Source of the DNA: Polyangiaceae bacterium
Lineage (GTDB): Bacteria > Myxococcota_A > Polyangia > Polyangiales > Polyangiaceae
Direction: 5' to 3'
NCBI GenBank assembly: GCA_033763455.1
Contig: JANRKO010000023.1
Location: 32,001-96,000, forward strand
DNA: 64,000 nt
Position numbers and translations under genes: made by a program. Below are positions 60,201-64,000 of the stretch, in pieces (within the stretch, counting starts at the first letter, position 1; the number at the start of each line of letters is the position of its first letter). The notes below the pieces were generated by a model. That model saw only the letters and a list, made by a program, of their open reading frames with translations, did no database searches and was not told where the DNA came from.

Positions 60201-60737
60201 ATGAAGATGCACAGCAGGCTTTTTGGAGTGATGGCTCTCTTTTTTGCCACCCCGCCCGCCTGCAACCACGATGAGCCGCCTGGCTGTGTACCGGGAGTTC
60301 CGTGCGAATGCCTCGGAGGAAGCTGCCTGTTTGATTGTCACGATCTGAACGGCTGCATTCCCCAATGCTCGAGTGCTGATTTTTGCTCGGCCGCGTGCGG
60401 CGATAACTGTATGTACGAGTGCCGAAGCGGCACCGACTGCAACGCTCAGTGCACATCTGGATGCAATATCCAATGCCAGAGCACCTCCACGTGCAGCGCT
60501 TCCTGCGGGGAGCACTGCGCCTACGAGTGTCGCGATGTTTCGAGCTGTGTGCCTAAGGTCGGCGAAAAAAGTCGCGTGCTCTGTGAGCGCGTCGGCACTT
60601 GTGACGTAGAATGCAGCGGAGCTTGCGTCGTCGATTGCCGGCAGACCGGTAGCTGCAACGTCCACTGCGCTACAGGAGCCCCGCTCAATTGCGGAGGCTC
60701 TCGCCGAGCGTGCGGCTCCTGCAATGAACCGGCGTGA
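60201..60737 (+). CDS. Small Cys-rich secreted/lipoprotein with 18-aa repeats
   Basis: Signal-like MKMHSRLFGVMALFFATPPAC; 31 Cys in 178 aa; six units of CxxxCxxxxxCxxxCxxx. Confidence 0.75.
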   Translation: MKMHSRLFGVMALFFATPPACNHDEPPGCVPGVPCECLGGSCLFDCHDLNGCIPQCSSADFCSAACGDNCMYECRSGTDCNAQCTSGCNIQCQSTSTCSASCGEHCAYECRDVSSCVPKVGEKSRVLCERVGTCDVECSGACVVDCRQTGSCNVHCATGAPLNCGGSRRACGSCNEPA

Positions 60738-60742
60738 AGCGC

Positions 60743-62296
60743 TTAGCGGCTCTTCTCGCCCATGAGCTTGTCCCAAAGGGCGCTTTCCGCGGCTCCCGAG
60801 CCTTTGCCCACGCTGCTCGCACCCAGGGCTCGCACCTCGGCGTAAACCACTTCATTCGGGCCCACCACTACATCAAACGAGACCGACCCTTCGCGCGCTG
60901 GCAGCTTCAGGCAGCTCATTTCAGGCTCTGCATGTTGGCGGAGTAAGCGCTCTTGGGCGATTGAAATCTCCTGCGGGCGTCCCATTCGCACCCAGGTTTC
61001 CCAGGCACTACCGGAACCCACGCGAATGCGTTCTAGCACCACCACGTGCTCCCCCGGGCCGTGGGCAGGGACGCTCACCGTCTCCTTCAGCTCCGGCTGC
61101 TGGGCAACTTCGAGTGGCTTGTGATTGCACAAAAGGACGTGCGTCGCCGAGGCTTCCCTCGTCGCCACCAACGTGTGCCCGGTGCCAAGCTTAGTGCCTT
61201 CTACCGGTTCCATGCGTGAACCCCGCAAGCGGCTCAGCAAACGGAACGCGTTGTACGAAGCCTTGGGGATACCGTGAACCGTGAGCAGGCCGTACGTGCA
61301 AGAAAATGGGCTCAGGGGGAAGCCGGCTTCTTCGAAGACGTCGCTCACCACCCAGAAGAAAAATGAATCGGCGGCGTCGTCTAAAGCGAGGCAGTTTTCC
61401 GCAATGAACGAAGCTGCATACAGGTTATCGTTGGTTGGATTATCGAGCCAATGAACCGACGCACCGGAATCCGCCGACATGGCATTCCACTCGGTCCAAT
61501 GCACTTCCAATTCGGGGTACACAGAGGCCTCGATCTCAACCTGCGTGCGCCGAACGGTGTGGCGAAAAAACGTACCTGGCGCGTGTGGGCTCGTGCCCGG
61601 CTCGGGAAACTCAACGTACTCATCCTGCGGATAAAGGTGCGTCGACACGAAGTCGATCGGCACCTCATTTTTGCTGCAATAGTCGATAAAATCCGAAATC
61701 CACGAGGCTTTGCTCGAAGCCGGGCCACCAACACGAAGCCCCGGATCTACGCGGCGTATGCCATGTGCGGCTGCCCGATAAAGCTCGAAATATTCAGCCT
61801 GTGTGCCCGACCAGAAGCCACCCAGGTTGGGCTCATTCCACACTTCGAAATACCATGAGCGCACCTCGTCGATCCCGTAGCGAGCCGCACAGTGCGCTGC
61901 GAATTCGTAGTTGAGCTCTTCCCACTCTTTGTAATCTTTGGGAGGCGTAACGTTCATCTGATAGAAGAACATCTTCTGCGTGCCGGAAGCGAGCGCGCTC
62001 GGCATTGGATTGAGCTCTACGAACGGCTTCAACCCCATCGCCAGGAGTGCATCGAACACCTTATCCACGTGGTGCCATTGGTAAACAATCGTGCCATCGG
62101 GCTTCCGATGCACCACGGCCATGTCATCGTGAAAGAGCCCGTGGAATCGGCAGTACTTGAAGCCGATCTCCGCCTGCGCCTTACGTAGATGGCCCAAGAG
62201 GTCCTCGCGCAATAATTCGTAAGCGCGGCCGACGGTGATCCCCTTCTTCCAAGGCATTCTAAGCGGCAGTGCGGCAGCGTCGATTTCAAAGCGCAT
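60743..62296 (-). CDS. GH39 family glycosidase (beta-xylosidase-like)
   Basis: GFKYCRFHGLFHDDM, PFVEL..MP, FEVWNEPNL, DFVSTHLYP, TEWN, SDVFEE; AGGAG RBS before ATG 62296. Confidence 0.92.
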   Translation of the reverse strand: MRFEIDAAALPLRMPWKKGITVGRAYELLREDLLGHLRKAQAEIGFKYCRFHGLFHDDMAVVHRKPDGTIVYQWHHVDKVFDALLAMGLKPFVELNPMPSALASGTQKMFFYQMNVTPPKDYKEWEELNYEFAAHCAARYGIDEVRSWYFEVWNEPNLGGFWSGTQAEYFELYRAAAHGIRRVDPGLRVGGPASSKASWISDFIDYCSKNEVPIDFVSTHLYPQDEYVEFPEPGTSPHAPGTFFRHTVRRTQVEIEASVYPELEVHWTEWNAMSADSGASVHWLDNPTNDNLYAASFIAENCLALDDAADSFFFWVVSDVFEEAGFPLSPFSCTYGLLTVHGIPKASYNAFRLLSRLRGSRMEPVEGTKLGTGHTLVATREASATHVLLCNHKPLEVAQQPELKETVSVPAHGPGEHVVVLERIRVGSGSAWETWVRMGRPQEISIAQERLLRQHAEPEMSCLKLPAREGSVSFDVVVGPNEVVYAEVRALGASSVGKGSGAAESALWDKLMGEKSR

Positions 62297-62480
62297 GATA
62301 AATGGGCTCCTGCATAGGTGGTTGGGCGAGTCCAAAGGTCAAAACGGCCGGGGGCGTGTGTACCCCAGCCCGGCACGACGGGCCACTGGTCAGGGCGGCT
62401 CCACAGGGTTTATAGGGCAAATCCGACACGCCCTCCCGCGGGCCCAGGCGCAACACCCACACCTAGCAAAGGTCTCCCTC

Positions 62481-63503
62481 ATGAAACCAGTCGTCACCTT
62501 CGGAGAAGTCATGCTCCGGCTGAGCCCCCCCGGGCACCTGAGATTGCTCCAAGTCACCTCCCTTGATGTTACCTTCGGCGGTGCAGAAGCCAACGTTGCT
62601 GTTGGCCTTTCCTTGCTTGGGCAGCCGGCGCGTTTCGTAACGGCATTGCCAGATAACGACATCGGCCAGCTTTGTATTAATCAACTGCGCGGAGTGGGCG
62701 TCGATACGACACAGATTGTGAGAAGCGGCAAGCGTGTGGGCACATACTACGTGGAAAAAGGCGCCTCCCAGCGGGGCTCCACGGTGCTCTATGATCGCGA
62801 GCACAGCGCCATCGCTGAGATCGATCCGGGCGCACTCGATTGGGACAAGCTCCTCGCAGGAGCCGCGTGGTTCCACTTCACGGGCATTACCCCTGCGCTT
62901 TCCGTCAACTGTCAGAAGGCGTGCCAGCAGGCGCTCGAAGCTGCCAAACGCTTGGGGATTCCCACGAGCTGCGACCTCAACTATCGAAAAAAGCTCTGGA
63001 GCCGCACGGAAGCCGGGCGCGTTCTCGGAGAATTGTTACCTAGCGTCCAATATTGTATCGCCAACGAAGAAGACGCCGATGATGTTTTCGGGATCAGGGC
63101 GGGCGCGACAGATGTTACCTCCGGAGCTCTGGATCACTCCCGCTACGAAAGCGTAGCGGCCCAGCTCACCCAGCGCTTTGGCTTCAAAGGTGTGGCCATC
63201 ACCCTCCGAGAAAGCCACTCCGCATCCGAAAATGGTTGGAGCGGAATGCTGTACACCGAGGGCAAAGCCCATTTCAGCCGAAAATACGAGATCACCGTTA
63301 TCGATCGCGTGGGCGGCGGAGATTCCTTCGGCGCGGGGCTCATCTACGCGCTCGTCCAAGGCAGCTCTCCCGAGCGAGCCATTGAATTTGCAGTAGCCAA
63401 CAGTTGCCTCAAGCACACGATTGTCGGCGATTACAACTACGTAAAGCGAGACGAAGTAGAGAAGCTGATGGCGGGCGATGGCTCGGGGCGCGTGCAGCGC
63501 TGA
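62481..63503 (+). CDS. PfkB sugar kinase, 2-dehydro-3-deoxygluconokinase-like
   Basis: VTFGEVMLRL, GGAEANVA, TGITPALS, DLNYRKKLW, DRVGGGDSF. Confidence 0.92.
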   Translation: MKPVVTFGEVMLRLSPPGHLRLLQVTSLDVTFGGAEANVAVGLSLLGQPARFVTALPDNDIGQLCINQLRGVGVDTTQIVRSGKRVGTYYVEKGASQRGSTVLYDREHSAIAEIDPGALDWDKLLAGAAWFHFTGITPALSVNCQKACQQALEAAKRLGIPTSCDLNYRKKLWSRTEAGRVLGELLPSVQYCIANEEDADDVFGIRAGATDVTSGALDHSRYESVAAQLTQRFGFKGVAITLRESHSASENGWSGMLYTEGKAHFSRKYEITVIDRVGGGDSFGAGLIYALVQGSSPERAIEFAVANSCLKHTIVGDYNYVKRDEVEKLMAGDGSGRVQR

Positions 63504-63638
63504 AGCTGGGCGCCGGCTCGGGGCACTGCAGCGCTGATGGTGCCCTCCCCGGCTGCCGCTTTTCGCGCCATCCACCCCTCCCCGATGTCTCCGTTCGGAG
63601 CCATGGGAGGGGTACGGAACCAGAACGCCACCTCTCCC

Positions 63639-64000
63639 TCACCAATACACTTCGACCACCCCAGACTGCCGAATACGTTCATCCGCCGTAATCAGCGGAA
63701 GACCCAGGCGCAACGCCGTGCCCACAATCACCCGGTCAAATGGGTCAGCCAGAGAGGCGAGGTTTCTCGCTTCATCCACATCGGGAATGCTAAGCTCCAC
63801 CAAGCGAAACCCAACTCTGAGCTCAAGCTGCTCCACGAGCTCACGAAACTCGAACCGTATGCGACCACGCTCTCCGAGCAAGACGGCTTCGTACAGGCAG
63901 AGGACCGGAACAAATAGGGTCCAGCGACCTGTTTCCGCCTTTTCAAAGGCCGACTTGGCTTTAGCACTGAGCTTCTTCGGGGCGCCCAGAAACCAGAGAA
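63639..64000 (-). CDS. PIN-domain (VapC-like) toxin; 5' end outside the window
   Basis: Frame is open to the window end: LWFLGAPKKLSAKAK..CLYE..DPFDRVIVGTA...LPLITADERI. Confidence 0.85.
   Translation of the reverse strand, partial: LWFLGAPKKLSAKAKSAFEKAETGRWTLFVPVLCLYEAVLLGERGRIRFEFRELVEQLELRVGFRLVELSIPDVDEARNLASLADPFDRVIVGTALRLGLPLITADERIRQSGVVEVYW

Overview
GC-rich chromosomal segment that looks myxobacterial (Polyangiaceae-like), judged from Cys-rich 'CGDG..EECDDGN' repeat proteins, two eukaryotic-type Ser/Thr kinases and lipoproteins. Most of it is housekeeping: ilvD, sahR-like regulator/ahcY, pgk, recC-recB-recD, sucA-sucB-lpdA, aminotransferase, MacB-type ABC transporter, GH39 and a PfkB kinase. 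Two elements stand out. (1) A 2240-bp transposase-less cassette (40400-42639) bounded by 24-bp inverted repeats (23/24 identical, GTAC at both outer ends). It carries a winged-helix gene, a beta-class DNA methyltransferase and a PD-(D/E)xK nuclease and sits inside the 3' end of a tetR gene. Removing it in silico restores an open tetR tail, and its predicted promoter holds two tandem GACGTC palindromes. (2) A DUF692 (MNIO) + DUF2063 RiPP cluster whose precursor is a lipoprotein with a ~95-aa Ala/Pro/Glu/Lys tether ending in GCGAGTCG, preceded by an ECF-type TGATCC-N16-CGTA promoter and followed by a kinase-FGE-domain gene. Also found: paired TetR operators in front of a 2-hydroxyacyl-CoA dehydratase/activator operon, two regular Cys-repeat proteins, a repeat-rich ilvD leader and a decayed Uma2 region. 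All family assignments are from motif recognition by eye; no database searches were run.
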